64,000 bases of DNA, taken from Botryllus schlosseri. Lineage: Eukaryota. Each line of letters opens with the position of its first letter. Positions within the stretch are counted from its first letter, which is position 1. The position numbers and the translations under genes were made by a program. Below the pieces are notes generated by a model. The model was not told where the DNA came from. It worked only from the letters and a program-made list of their open reading frames with translations, and searched no databases. Location of the stretch: positions 24,430,001-24,494,000 of the forward strand of contig CM119371.1 of NCBI GenBank assembly GCA_051294905.1, written 5' to 3'. Shown here piece by piece: positions 11,846 through 26,505 of this stretch.

Positions 11846-14800
11846 GTAAGTTCTACTAATGTACCGGGACGTGCATCGTGTAGATTGGTATTTGTTGTTG
11901 TTGTTTGTGGTATTCATGGTTTTTATCGACTAAGATCGTCATTTAGACCAAGCCGATATTCCCTATTTTTTCATTCCGAAACTGCCGACTTGTCGCATGG
12001 CCCAATTCTTGGCTTGTTAACATACCACATACGCGGATGAGATGACCAAGGTCCAAGAATAATCTAGAGAGGGAATGCGCTTCAGGGCATTCCAGAGCGA
12101 ACTGTAGATTTCGAGATAAAATCTAACCTTTGTACCGTGTACCAATATTAATCATAACGGCTCACTGTATTCTGGCTACAGCTTACCTTCCATTTCACCA
12201 AAGTGAACTTTACGTCCATTTTTGACCAGCTTGCCGAGCGCTAAATTCGATAAAACGGCCATTGATTGGAAGCTGCTGCCATACTAATTACGAAAATATG
12301 AAATTTATTCTGCTCGTGGACCTGGTACCCCCAAAATCAGCCACGAAATTTACATTTAGATCGAGATTGGAATTGTGATGCAACAGTGCTGTCTGGCTCT
12401 TTGTTCTTACCTTCACTTTCGTTTTTCCACACATAATTGTTGCGTCAGAATGCCAAATCCGATCTCAATGCAAATTTCGAGGCAGATTTTGGGAGGTTCC
12501 ATGTCTATGAGCACATTAAAATTTATATTTTTATAATCAGTACAACAATAGCTCTTCATTGATACCCGTTTCCTGGAATTTAGCGGTTGGGAAGCAGGTC
12601 AAATATGACAGTAAAGTAGCCTTTGGTCATATCGAAAGTATGGAGTAACCCGAATGCAGTGAGCTATTGAGTTTCGCTGTGTCCACGCCGTATAGGACAC
12701 TATTGTCAAACTGTCTGATAGTTGACATGCGTATATTTCATTACGAGAAGCAAACGTACCAGAGTTCTCCCATTCGTCAGACGCCTGCGATTTTAAGCTG
12801 GTTTCTTCATGGAACGCATCATTTTCATCGGCAGTTCGCATTTATACGGCGGGGGTCACATTGACATGGTACCATTATAATAAATACGAAAAAATTGTAA
12901 GAAATTTTTAGGTTTATTGAAAAACCCCAATGATATTTCAACGAATTCTTAAATTCAAATAGCATATTGACGCTAGCCAACAACCGCTAGTTTAATTATG
13001 TGTAGAAGACCGCATAATTATGGTTTTACGTCTGAATGCGCATCAATCAATCCATATTAGTTGGTTGCTAGTATCAACGATTCTTCTCAATCTCAATTAC
13101 TCAGCATAGGCACAGCAAGCAAACTCAAATTCCTTTTTGTTTTGTTCTGTAAATACACTATCCTGATGTGGATCTAGTGAGTTTAATCTCATCATAAATG
13201 AAATCAAAGTTCTGGATATTTTGTTATGTTTGTGATTTATTTACCAATTTGACCAGTGACATGAAAAATACAGATTGAAATAAGGATAGGTTATAACTTA
13301 ACTTCATAATAAAAATTGAAGATCAAGATAAAAGCTTCTCATTTCATGCTATCTGTGTAAAACGCCGATGAAATTATTATGGTTAGCTAATAGGGAGTAC
13401 CGGCATTCAATGTTGTATGCTATTGAAAGAGGCATTCCATTTGGTATGTGGAACGCGCCAATGAAATTTGTATGTTTGGCTAGGGAGATCGGCATTCACT
13501 GTCATATGCTAGGGTTACCATATTCCTGTGGTACAAATTCCTGACACTCAAGCCAACTAGCTTTACGAAATAAAGTGTGTCATTTTCCAAATCGGTATGG
13601 TACAATCCGACTCACTTGTACGAATTACAAGCTAAATAATACAATATGTTAACACACGTTGACAACACAATACTTCAGTTTTCGATTTTAATGCAGTAAG
13701 GCCCTTCTTAATCGGCGCTGGAATTGGAATCGTCAAGAAATAACAATTCATTCGCGGCTCTGAACAATCTTCCTGCCCCGCGCATCAATATGCACCCACA
13801 GTAGCTATTCATAACATTGCCACTCGCGATTTCGGTGCGTACAATGGGCCGTTGCGAAAAGTAGAATGGTCCGGAGTTCACTGGAAATGGATATGTACCG
13901 TTTACCATATGCATTATGCGTCCATATAGCTCACTGCGGCTAGGCCCTACAATGCGGCCTTAGGTTACATATACAATCGAAATGCGGCCATGATCAGCAA
14001 AAATGTTGCCCACCTCTGTATTAGATGATGTGCTAGTTTTGACATAACGATAAATGCAAGGGGGGGGGGGCAGGTGGCGCGATTGTATGACCATCGCCAT
14101 AGGGGCCGAAGGTCATAAAAGGTTGAGAACCGCTGTGATAGACAAAAGTGCGAAACAGTAGATGCCAATTTCTAGGAATGCAATTTCACTAAATAGTTCG
14201 TTTGTCATTATCTTAAAAATATGTCGAAATACCGAAATTCCTGCGTTGGCCACACAAAGTCATGTCGTCGCGAAAATAAGTTGAGCCCTGCCTTTCGTAT
14301 AGAATATGCAAGTACAGAATGGCGAAAATTTGATAATCACTAAGACTGTCCATTGGAGAGACCTGGCGAAATCAACGAATATTTTGAATGGCAACAGATA
14401 AATGTTCCTAGGGAATGTATTTCGTACTCAAAATCTCCACATTTGTCAGAAATGTGCTGGATAATACGGCAATTTTTCAATAATCACTTCGCGGATTGGA
14501 TGAAATCGTCAGGCGGGCCGTATGTTTGAACCCACTGCTGTACATCGTCGACTCCAATACTACTTTAATATTAGCGAGACGTACAAATTAACAGCATCTC
14601 AGCAAATAAGAATTGATCATATCTACGACAGCGTGTGCAAAATAAGGCAGCGTAATAATTACATAAACAGTGATTACTAACAGCACACTGTGTCATTGCG
14701 TTGATACAAAAGGGTGCTGGATTTCGGTCAAGTGATAGTTTGACATCGTGTTGTTCCAATTGCTGTACATCTTCTCGACTATGTCCATGATTTGGAAGGA

Positions 14801-15053
14801 GCTGGGCAATTGAAATTTGCAATACACAAGAGTGACTTCATGCAATCGCAGAGGCATTTGAATTCAAATGACGTTCCATTATTTGCTTGTTCGTTGCAGT
14901 TACTTGCCGTAAATACATTGTGGGCTAACTTCAATTATAAAGATTTACCAGTTACCGATTTTTTTTAAACGTACTGATGGTCTTCAAGCTCGAAAAGGTT
15001 AAGAACCACTGATTTATATCATCATCGCGATTCAAAGGTTAATTATTATTCAG

Positions 15054-15221
15054 CTTTCCAAACTGTCGATATGGGATGGTACGATGACATCAGAAATTTA
15101 CTGTGACGTTGCGAATATTACTAGTATGACGGGATGTCGAACGCTATTTTTGGGAGACTGCGATTTGACGGTAGAGAAGTTGAGATGTTTCGCGACAACC
15201 GGGAAAGAAAATCAGATGTCG
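15054..15221 (+). CDS. LRR exon A, copy 3
   Basis: Same peptide and splice sites as exon A copy 1. Confidence 0.85.
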
Positions 15222-17311
15222 GTTAGTTGTGAAATATGTATGAATTGCAGTAATATGAATATTTCTCTTTCCGATATCAAGACAGGAAGATTGGTCTTAG
15301 CAATAATAAGGTGATTGCGTCTCAAGCGTCGTCAAATAAATGCGGAAAATCGTAACCCTCGTCAAGTCACTATGTAATGTATATTATTATTAGGGATGGT
15401 ATAGACGTGAGGTTCACTCTCGCGTTTTGTGTGTGAACCTCAGATATTTGGAGGTTCACGTTCACAAACGAAGCTAGTTAGTAGGGATGGTGTGAACCTC
15501 CAAAAGGTTCAGGTTCGTGTGAACGCGAACTTTTTTGAAAAGTTCTGTGTGAACGCGAACGTGAACCTCATGACGTCACGGGACGTCATATTGCTCATTA
15601 CAATCCTACATTCAAGTGAAGTGATATATAGCGACGATTCGGGCCACATAATCCACAATGCTGAAGTACATACTGACTTTCTAAACGTCGCCAAATGCAT
15701 CAACTGCAGCAATGAAATGATATAATAATACCATAAAATCAATATCTTCCGTCGCTTCACCAGCAATTTCGACGAGGACTTGCAAGGGAATATAAGGTTA
15801 CGCATAAAGGGTATAGGCCAGACTGGTCAATGCATTCGGCGTCTGAGTGTTGCTACGTTGATATTCAGCAGAGTGTAATCGGTGTTTACGCCATTGACAA
15901 GTTATACAGCAGTAGCCAACACCCCAATCGCACCGATTTGGTTTTTATGATACAATAAACATATGAAATCGAGATGGAACCCGTACGCTTGCTAGATTAT
16001 TTACATTAGACAACGATATCAATTTCATTCATTGGTTGAATAAGCATCATTCGCTGACTACCGACATGTAGCGTATTTCGCTCTTAATGTTGTGTGATTG
16101 CGGGTCAAGCTCACTGCAGAGAGTCACTAAATATTCAGAAACAGTAAGGTGGATATTTCGAGCAAACTTTTGTAACTAAGCAGATACAATTTTTGAGATT
16201 ATGAAGGAGCATGCTCGTTTAGTGTTGATTTTTGATGCTGCCAGCGCCATGCATAGAGTTTTGTATTGCAATTAATTTCAACCAAAGATGTCATCATGAC
16301 GTGGAAATCGTAATATGCGAAAAAGGTTCACAGTGCAGAAACTACCAAGGCTCGTTGGGTGAACATGAACCTCTAAATTTCCGAGGTTCACACACAGAAC
16401 GCGAACGTGAACCTCACGTTCACACCATCCCTAGTAGTTAGGTTCTGCACTGCGAACATTTTTCATGTGCTACAATTTTCGCGTCACCAGAACGTGTCTT
16501 TGATTGGGAATCTCTGCTCCTCAACACCGGACCACTCTCTGCGATGCGCTGGCAGCATTAAAAGAAACTCAGCAGTAATCGAATATGCACCTTTCAAATT
16601 TCATAAAAATCCTTGAAAGTTTGCTCGGAATATTCAGCTGCCTGTTCGTCAATATTTCTCCGCTGGGAGCTGAGCCAACAATTGAACAATAGGGAGGACA
16701 AAACACATCACATGTAGGAAGTCAGCGAATTGTGTTTTATCAGCCAATGCATAGATAATTATTGTGAAAATTATATCATGCGTACGGGAGCCATATTGAT
16801 TTGAAATCCGTATTGAAAACCCGATTGGGGTGTTGGTTAATGTATAGCTTGTTTTCGATACAATATCTGGCGCAAGTATATAAACCGGTGTTTCACTATT
16901 AACAAAACACCTGTCCGGTGGAAGTGGTACCTCGTTGAAATTGTTGCAAAGCAACAGAAGTTATTGATTTTGCCGGATTATTATCACACGTGACTGTTTG
17001 AATTCATTGAGTGACGTTTCGGATATCAGCATATACTTCAGGATTGTAACAAGGTGACCGAGTCGTCTTTAGTTATCGTATACTTTACCGACACGTATGG
17101 TTAGAATTGAAAATTTGACGTCACGTGACCACATTGGCTCACGTCCGCGTTCAAACAGATCCATTCAAAATGGTTCGAGTTCACATGAAAATAATAAAAT
17201 GATAACTCATGTTTCCCTTTTTTTCTCTCGAAAAAAACTAAATCATACCCAATTTAATGTAAGTGACTTCTATAAAGCAATCGGCTATTGTCATAAATTT
17301 TTGTTTTACAG

Positions 17312-17479
17312 CTCTCAGATCTGGAAATACGTGATGTCAAAATGCCAGCAGAAGGTTACCGCGAAATTCCAATTACACTCAAATCCGTTAAATGCAAAAA
17401 TGTAATATTCACTAAATGCGAATTGACGAGAATGAAGATCTCTGAATTCAAAAATGGATGCAAAGACAACCATGTATCG
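17312..17479 (+). CDS. LRR exon B, copy 3
   Basis: AG/GT bounded, 168 nt; S->G change (PAEGY). Confidence 0.85.
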
Positions 17480-20400
17480 GTAAGTTCTACTAATGTACCG
17501 GGACGTGCATCGTGTAGATTGGTATTTGTTGTTGTTGTTTGTGGTATTCATGGTTTTTATCGACTAAGATCGTCATTTAGACCAAGCCGATATTCCCTAT
17601 TTTTTCATTCCGAAACTGCCGACTTGTCGCATGGCCCAATTCTTGGCTTGTTAACATACCACATACGCGGATGAGATGACCAAGGTCCAAGAATAATTTA
17701 GAGAGGGAATGCGCTTCAGGGCATTCCAGAGCGAACTGTAGATTTCGAGATAAAATCTAACCTTTGTACCGTGTACCAATATTAATCATAACGGCTCACT
17801 GTATTCTGGCTACAGCTTACCTTCCATTTCACCAAAGTGAACTTTACGTCCATTTTTGACCAGCTTGCCGAGCGCTAAATTCGATAAAACGGCCATTGAT
17901 TGGAAGCTGCTGCCATACTAATTACGAAAATATGAAATTTATTCTGCTCGTGGACCTGGTACCCCCAAAATCAGCCACGAAATTTACATTTAGATCGAGA
18001 TTGGAATTGTGATGCAACAGTGCTGTCTGGCTCTTTGTTCTTACCTTCACTTTCGTTTTTCCACACATAATTGTTGCGTCAGAATGCCAAATCCGATCTC
18101 AATGCAAATTTCGAGGCAGATTTTGGGAGGTTCCATGTCTATGAGCACATTAAAATTTATATTTTTATAATCAGTACAACAATAGCTCTTCATTGATACC
18201 CGTTTCCTGGAATTTAGCGGTTGGGAAGCAGGTCAAATATGACAGTAAAGTAGCCTTTGGTCATATCGAAAGTATGGAGTAACCCGAATGCAGTGCGCTA
18301 TTGAGTTTCGCTGTGTCCACGCCGTATAGGACACTATTGTCAAACTGTCTGATAGTTGACATGCGTATATTTCATTACGAGAAGCAAACGTACCAGAGTT
18401 CTCCCATTCGTCAGACGCCTGCGATTTTAAGCTGGTTTCTTCATGGAACGCATCATTTTCATCGGCAGTTCGCATTTATACGGCGGGGGTCACATTGACA
18501 TGGTACCATTATAATAAATACGAAAAGATTGTAAGAAATTTTTAGGTTTATTGAAAAACCCCAATGATATTTCAACGAATTCTTAAATTCAAATAGCATA
18601 TTGACGCTAGCCAACAACCGCTAGTTTAATTATGTGTAGAAGACCGCATAATTATGGTTTTACGTCTGAATGCGCATCAATCAATTCATATTAGTTGGTT
18701 GCTAGTATCAACGATTCTTCTCAATCTCAATTACTCAGCATAGGCACAGCAAGCAAACTCAAATTCCTTTTTGTTTTGTTCTGTAAATACACTATCCTGA
18801 TGTGGATCTAGTGAGTTTAATCTCATCATAAATGAAATCAAAGTTCTGGATATTTTGTTATGTTTGTGATTTATTTACCAATTTGACCAGTGACATGAAA
18901 AATACAGATTGAAATAAGGATAGGTTATAACTTAACTTCAGAATAAAAATTGAAGATCAAGATAAAAGCTTCTCATTTCATGCTATCTGTGTAAAACGCC
19001 GATGAAATTATTATGGTTAGCTAATAGGGAGTACCGGCATTCAATGTTGTATGCTATTGAAAGAGGCATTCCATTTGGTATGTGGAACGCGCCAATGAAA
19101 TTTGTATGTTTGGCTAGGGAGATCGGCATTCACTGTCATATGCTAGGGTTACCATATTCCTGTGGTACAAATTCCTGACACTCAAGCCAACTAGCTTTAC
19201 GAAATAAAGTGTGTCATTTTCCAAATCGGTATGGTACAATCCGATTCACTTGTACGAATTACAAGCTAAATAATACAATATGTTAACACACGTTGACAAC
19301 ACAATACTTCAGTTTTCGATTTTAATGCAGTAGGGCCCTTCTTAATCGGCGCTGGAATTGGAATCGTCAAGAAATAACAATTCATTCGCGGCTCTGAACA
19401 ATCTTCCTGCCCCGCGCATCAATATGCACCCACAGTAGCTATTCATAACATTGCCACTCGCGATTTCGGTGCGTACAATAGGCCGTTGCGAAAAGTAGAA
19501 TGGTCCGGAGTTCACTGGAAATGGATATGTACCGTTTACCATATGCATTATGCGTCCATATAGCTCACTGCGGCTAGGCCCTAGAATGCGGCCTTAGGTT
19601 ACATAAATAATCGAAATGCGGCCATGATCAGCAAAAATGTTGCCCACCTCTGTATTAGATGATGTGCTAGTTTTGACATAACGATAAATGCAAGGGGGGG
19701 GGGGGCAGGTGGCGCGATTGTATGACCATCGCCATAGGGGCCGAAGGTCATAAAAGGTTGAGAACCGCTGTGATAGACAAAAGTGCGAAACAGTAGATGC
19801 CAATTTCTAGGAATGCAATTTCACTAAATAGTTCGTATGTCATTATCTTAAAGATATGTCGAAATACCGAAATTTCTGCGTTGGCCACACAAAGTCATGT
19901 CGTCGCGAAAATAAGTTGAGCCCTGCCTTTCGTATAGAATATGCAAGTACAGAATGGCGAAAATTTGATAATCACTAAGACTGTCCATTGGAGAGACCTG
20001 GCGAAATCAACGAATATTTTGAATGGCAACAGATAAATGTACCTAGGGAATGTATTTCGTACTCAAAATCTCCACATTTGTCAGAAATGTGCTGGATAAT
20101 ACGGCAATTTTTCAATAATCACTTCGCGGATTGGATGAAATCGTCAGGCGGGCCGTATGTTTGAACCCACTGCTGTACATCGTCGACTCCAATACTACTT
20201 TAATATTAGCGAGACGTACAAATTAACAGCATCTCAGCAAATAAGAATTGATCATATCTACGACAGCGTGTGCAAAATAAGGCAGCGTAATAATTACATA
20301 AACAGTGATTACTAACAGCACACTGTGTCATTGCGTTGATACAAAAGGGTGCTGGATTTCGGTCAAGTGATAGTTTGACATCGTGTTGTTCCAATTGCTG

Positions 20401-20689
20401 TACATCTTCTCGACTATGTCCATGATTTGGAAGGAGCTGGGCAATTGAAATTTGCAATACACAAGAGTGACTTCATGCAATCGCAGAGGCATTTGAATTC
20501 AAATGACGTTCCATTATTTGCTTGTTCGTTGCATTTACTTGCCGTAAATACATTGTGGGCTAACTTCAATTATAAAGATTTACCAGTTACCGATTTTTTT
20601 TTAAACGTACTGATGGTCTTCAAGCTCGAAAAGGTTAAGAACCACTGATTTATATCATCATCGCGATTCAAAGGTTAATTATTATTCAG

Positions 20690-20857
20690 CTTTCCAAACT
20701 GTCGATATGGGATGGTACGATGACATCAGAAATTTACTGTGACGTTGCGAATATTACTAGTATGACGGGATGTCGAACGCTATTTTTGGGAGACTGCGAT
20801 TTGACGGTAGAGAAGTTGAGATGTTTCGCGACAACCGGGAAAGAAAATCAGATGTCG
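20690..20857 (+). CDS. LRR exon A, copy 4
   Basis: Same peptide and splice sites as exon A copy 1. Confidence 0.85.
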
Positions 20858-22959
20858 GTTAGTTGTGAAATATGTATGAATTGCAGTAATATGAATATTT
20901 CTCTTTCCGATATCAAGACAGGAAGATTGGTCTTAGCAATAATAAGGTGATTGCGTCTCAAGCGTCGTCAAATAAATGCGGAAAATCGTAACCCTCGTCA
21001 AGTCACTATGTAATGTATATTATTATTAGGGATGGTATAGACGTGAGGTTCACTCTCGCGTTCTGTGTGTGAACCTCAGATATTTGGAGGTTCACGTTCA
21101 CAAACGAAGCTAGTTAGTAGGGATGGTGTGAACCTCCAAAAGGTTCAGGTTCGTGTGAACGCGAACTTTTTTGAAAAGTTCTGTGTGAACGCGAACGTGA
21201 ACCTCATGACGTCACGGGACGTCATATTGCTCATTACAATCCTACATTCAAGTGAAGTGATATATAGCGACGATTCGGGCCACATAATCTACAATGCTGA
21301 AGTACATACTGACTTTCTAAACGTCGCCAAATGCATCAACTGCAGCAATGAAATGATATAATAATACCATAAAATCAATATCTTCCGTCGCTTCACCAGC
21401 AATTTCGACGAGGACTTGCAAGGGAATATAAGGTTACGCATAAAGGGTATAGGCCAGACTGGTCAATGCATTCGGCGTCTGAGTGTTGCTACGTTGATAT
21501 TCAGCAGAGTGTAATCGGTGTTTACGCCATTGACAAGTTATACAGCAGTAGCCAACACCCCAATCGCACCGATTTGGTTTTTATGATACAATAAACATAT
21601 GAAATCGAGATGGAACCGGTACGCTTGCTAGATTATTTACATTAGACAACGATATCAATTTCATTCATTGGTTGAATGAGCATCATTCGCTGACTACCGA
21701 CATGTAGCGTATTTCGCTCTTAATGTTGTGTGATTGCGGGTCAAGCTCACTGCAGAGAGTCACTAAATATTCAGAAACAGTAAGGTGGATATTTCGAGCA
21801 AACTTTTGTAACTAAGCAGATACAATTTTTGAGATTATGAAGGAGCATGCTCGTTTAGTGTTGAGTTTTGATGCTGCCAGCGCCATGCATAGAGTTTTGT
21901 ATTGCAATTAATTTCAACCAAAGATGTCATAATGACGTGGAAATCGTAATATGCGAAAAAGGTTCACAGTGCAGAAACTACCAAGGCTCGTTGGGTGAAC
22001 ATGAACCTCTAAATTTCCGAGGTTCACACACAGAACGCGAACGTGAACCTCACGTTCACACCATCCCTAGTAGTTAGGTTCTGCACTGCGAACATTTTTC
22101 ATGTGCTACAATTTTCGCGTCACCAGAACGTGTCTTTGATTGGGAATCTCTGCTCCTCAACACCGGACCACTCTCTGCGATGCGCTGGCAGCATTAAAAG
22201 AAACTCAGCAGTAATCGAATATGCACCTTTCAAATTTCATAAAAATCCTTGAAAGTTTGCTCGGAATATTCAGCTGCCTGTTCGTCAATATTTCTCCGCT
22301 GGGAGCTGAGCCAACAATTGAACAATAGGGAGGACAAAACACATCACATGTAGGAAGTCAGCGAATTGTGTTTTATCAGCCAATGCATAGATAATTATTG
22401 TGAAAATTATATCATGCGTACGGGAGCCATATTGATTTGAAATCCGTATTGAAAACCCGATTGGGGTGTTGGTTAATGTATAGCTTGTTTTCGATACAAT
22501 ATCTGGCGCAAGTATATAAACCGGTGTTTCACTATTAACAAAACACCTGTCCGGTGGAAGTGGTACCTCGTTGAAATTGTTGCAAAGCAACAGAAGTTAT
22601 TGATTTTGCCGGATTATTATCACACGTGACTGTTTGAATTCATTGAGTGACGTTTCGGATATCAGCATATACTTCAGGATTGTAACAAGGTGACCGAGTC
22701 GTCTTTAGTTATCGTATACTTTACCGACACGTATGGTTAGAATTGAAAATTTGACGTCACGTGACCACATTGGCTCACGTCCGCGTTCAAACAGATCCAT
22801 TCAAAATGGTTCGAGTTCACACGATGCAGACTCAAAATATGATAAAATGATAACTCATGTTTCCCTTTTTTTCTCTCGAAAAAAACTAAATCATACCCAA
22901 TTTAATGTAAGTGACTTCTATAAAGCAATCGGCTATTGTCATAAATTTTTGTTTTACAG

Positions 22960-23127
22960 CTCTCAGATCTGGAAATACGTGATGTCAAAATGCCAGCAGA
23001 AGGTTACCGCGAAATTCCAATTACACTCAAATCCGTTAAATGCAAAAATGTAATATTCACTAAATGCGAATTGACGAGAATGAAGATCTCTGAATTCAAA
23101 AATGGATGCAAAGACAACCATGTATCG
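22960..23127 (+). CDS. LRR exon B, copy 4
   Basis: AG/GT bounded, 168 nt; shares the S->G change with copy 3. Confidence 0.85.
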
Positions 23128-26100
23128 GTAAGTTCTACTAATGTACCGGGACGTGCATCGTGTAGATTGGTATTTGTTGTTGTTGTTTGTGGTATTCATG
23201 GTTTTTATCGACTAAGATCGTCATTTAGACCAAGCCGATATTCCCTATTTTTTCATTCCGAAACTGCCGACTTGTCGCATGGCCCAATTCTTGGCTTGTT
23301 AACATACCACATACGCGGATGAGATGACCAAGGTCCAAGAATAATTTAGAGAGGGAATGCGCTTCAGGGCATTCCAGAGCGAACTGTAGATTTCGAGATA
23401 AAATCTAACCTTTGTACCGTGTACCAATATTAATCATAACGGCTCACTGTATTCTGGCTACAGCTTACCTTCCATTTCACCAAAGTGAACTTTACGTCCA
23501 TTTTTGACCAGCTTGCCGAGCGCTAAATTCGATAAAACGGCCATTGATTGGAAGCTGCTGCCATACTAATTACGAAAATATGAAATTTATTCTGCTCGTG
23601 GACCTGGTACCCCCAAAATCAGCCACGAAATTTACATTTAGATCGAGATTGGAATTGTGATGCAACAGTGCTGTCTGGCTCTTTGTTCTTACCTTCACTT
23701 TCGTTTTTCCACACATAATTGTTGCGTCAGAATGCCAAATCCGATCTCAATGCAAATTTCGAGGCAGATTTTGGGAGGTTCCATGTCTATGAGCACATTA
23801 AAATTTATATTTTTATAATCAGTACAACAATAGCTCTTCATTGATACCCGTTTCCTGGAATTTAGCGGTTGGGAAGCAGGTCAAATATGACAGTAAAGTA
23901 GCCTTTGGTCATATCGAAAGTATGGAGTAACCCGAATGCAGTGCACTATTGAGTTTCGCTGTGTCCACGCCGTATAGGACACTATTGTCAAACTGTCTGA
24001 TAGTTGACATGCGTATATTTCATTACGAGAAGCAAACGTACCAGAGTTCTCCCATTCGTCAGACGCCTGCGATTTTAAGCTGGTTTCTTCATGGAACGCA
24101 TCATTTTCATCGGCAGTTCGCATTTATACGGCGGGGGTCACATTGACATGGTACCATTATAATAAATACGAAAAGATTGTAAGAAATTTTTAGGTTTATT
24201 GAAAAACCCCAATGATATTTCAACGAATTCTTAAATTCAAATAGCATATTGACGCTAGCCAACAACCGCTAGTTTAATTATGTGTAGAAGACCGCATAAT
24301 TATGGTTTTACGTCTGAATGCGCATCAATCAATTCATATTAGTTGGTTGCTAGTATCAACGATTCTTCTCAATCTCAATTACTCAGCATAGGCACAGCAA
24401 GCAAACTCAAATTCCTTTTTGTTTTGTTCTGTAAATACACTATCCTGATGTGGATCTAGTGAGTTTAATCTCATCATAAATGAAATCAAAGTTCTGGATA
24501 TTTTGTTATGTTTGTGATTTATTTACCAATTTGACCAGTGACATGAAAAATACAGATTGAAATAAGGATAGGTTATAACTTAACTTCAGAATAAAAATTG
24601 AAGATCAAGATAAAAGCTTCTCATTTCATGCTATCTGTGTAAAACGCCGATGAAATTATTATGGTTAGCTAATAGGGAGTACCGGCATTCAATGTTGTAT
24701 GCTATTGAAAGAGGCATTCCATTTGGTATGTGGAACGCGCCAATGAAATTTGTATGTTTGGCTAGGGAGATCGGCATTCACTGTCATATGCTAGGGTTAC
24801 CATATTCCTGTGGTACAAATTCCTGACACTCAAGCCAACTAGCTTTACGAAATAAAGTGTGTCATTTTCCAAATCGGTATGGTACAATCCGATTCACTCG
24901 TACGAATTACAAGCTAAATAATACAATATGTTAACACACGTTGACAACACAATACTTCAGTTTTCGATTTTAATGCAGTAGGGCCCTTCTTAATCGGCGC
25001 TGGAATTGGAATCGTCAAGAAATAACAATTCATTCGCGGCTCTGAACAATCTTCCTGCCCCGCGCATCAATATGCACCCACAGTAGCTATTCATAACATT
25101 GCCACTCGCGATTTCGGTGCGTACAATAGGCCGTTGCGAAAAGTAGAATGGTCCGGAGTTCACTGGAAATGGATATGTACCGTTTACCATATGCATTATG
25201 CGTCCATATAGCTCACTGCGGCTAGGCCCTAGAATGCGGCCTTAGGTTACATAAATAATCGAAATGCGGCCATGATCAGCAAAAATGTTGCCCACCTCTG
25301 TATTAGATGATGTGCTAGTTTTGACATAACGATAAATGCAAGGGGGGGGGGGGCAGGTGGCGCGATTGTATGACCATCGCCATAGGGGCCGAAGGTCATA
25401 AAAGGTTGAGAACCGCTGTGATAGACAAAAGTGCGAAACAGTAGATGCCAATTTCTAGGAATGCAATTTCACTAAATAGTTCGTATGTCATTATCTTAAA
25501 GATATGTCGAAATACCGAAATTTCTGCGTTGGCCACACAAAGTCATGTCGTCGCGAAAATAAGTTGAGCCCTGCCTTTCGTATAGAATATGCAAGTACAG
25601 AATGGCGAAAATTTGATAATCACTAAGACTGTCCATTGGAGAGACCTGGCGAAATCAACGAATATTTTGAATGGCAACAGATAAATGTACCTAGGGAATG
25701 TATTTCGTACTCAAAATCTCCACATTTGTCAGAAATGTGCTGGATAATACGGCAATTTTTCAATAATCACTTCGCGGATTGGATGAAATCGTCAGGCGGG
25801 CCGTATGTTTGAACCCACTGCTGTACATCGTCGACTCCAATACTACTTTAATATTAGCGAGACGTACAAATTAACAGCATCTCAGCAAATAAGAATTGAT
25901 CATATCTACGACAGCGTGTGCAAAATAAGGCAGCGTAATAATTACATAAACAGTGATTACTAACAGCACACTGTGTCATTGCGTTGATACAAAAGGGTGC
26001 TGGATTTCGGTCAAGTGATAGTTTGACATCGTGTTGTTCCAATTGCTGTACATCTTCTCGACTATGTCCATGATTTGGAAGGAGCTGGGCAATTGAAATT

Positions 26101-26337
26101 TGCAATACACAAGAGTGACTTCATGCAATCGCAGAGGCATTTGAATTCAAATGACGTTCCATTATTTGCTTGTTCGTTGCATTTACTTGCCGTAAATACA
26201 TTGTGGGCTAACTTCAATTATAAAGATTTACCAGTTACCGATTTTTTTTTAAACGTACTGATGGTCTTCAAGCTCGAAAAGGTTAAGAACCACTGATTTA
26301 TATCATCATCGCGATTCAAAGGTTAATTATTATTCAG

Positions 26338-26505
26338 CTTTCCAAACTGTCGATATGGGATGGTACGATGACATCAGAAATTTACTGTGACGTTGCGAAT
26401 ATTACTAGTATGACGGGATGTCGAACGCTATTTTTGGGAGACTGCGATTTGACGGTAGAGAAGTTGAGATGTTTCGCGACAACCGGGAAAGAAAATCAGA
26501 TGTCG
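26338..26505 (+). CDS. LRR exon A, copy 5
   Basis: Same peptide and splice sites as exon A copy 1. Confidence 0.85.
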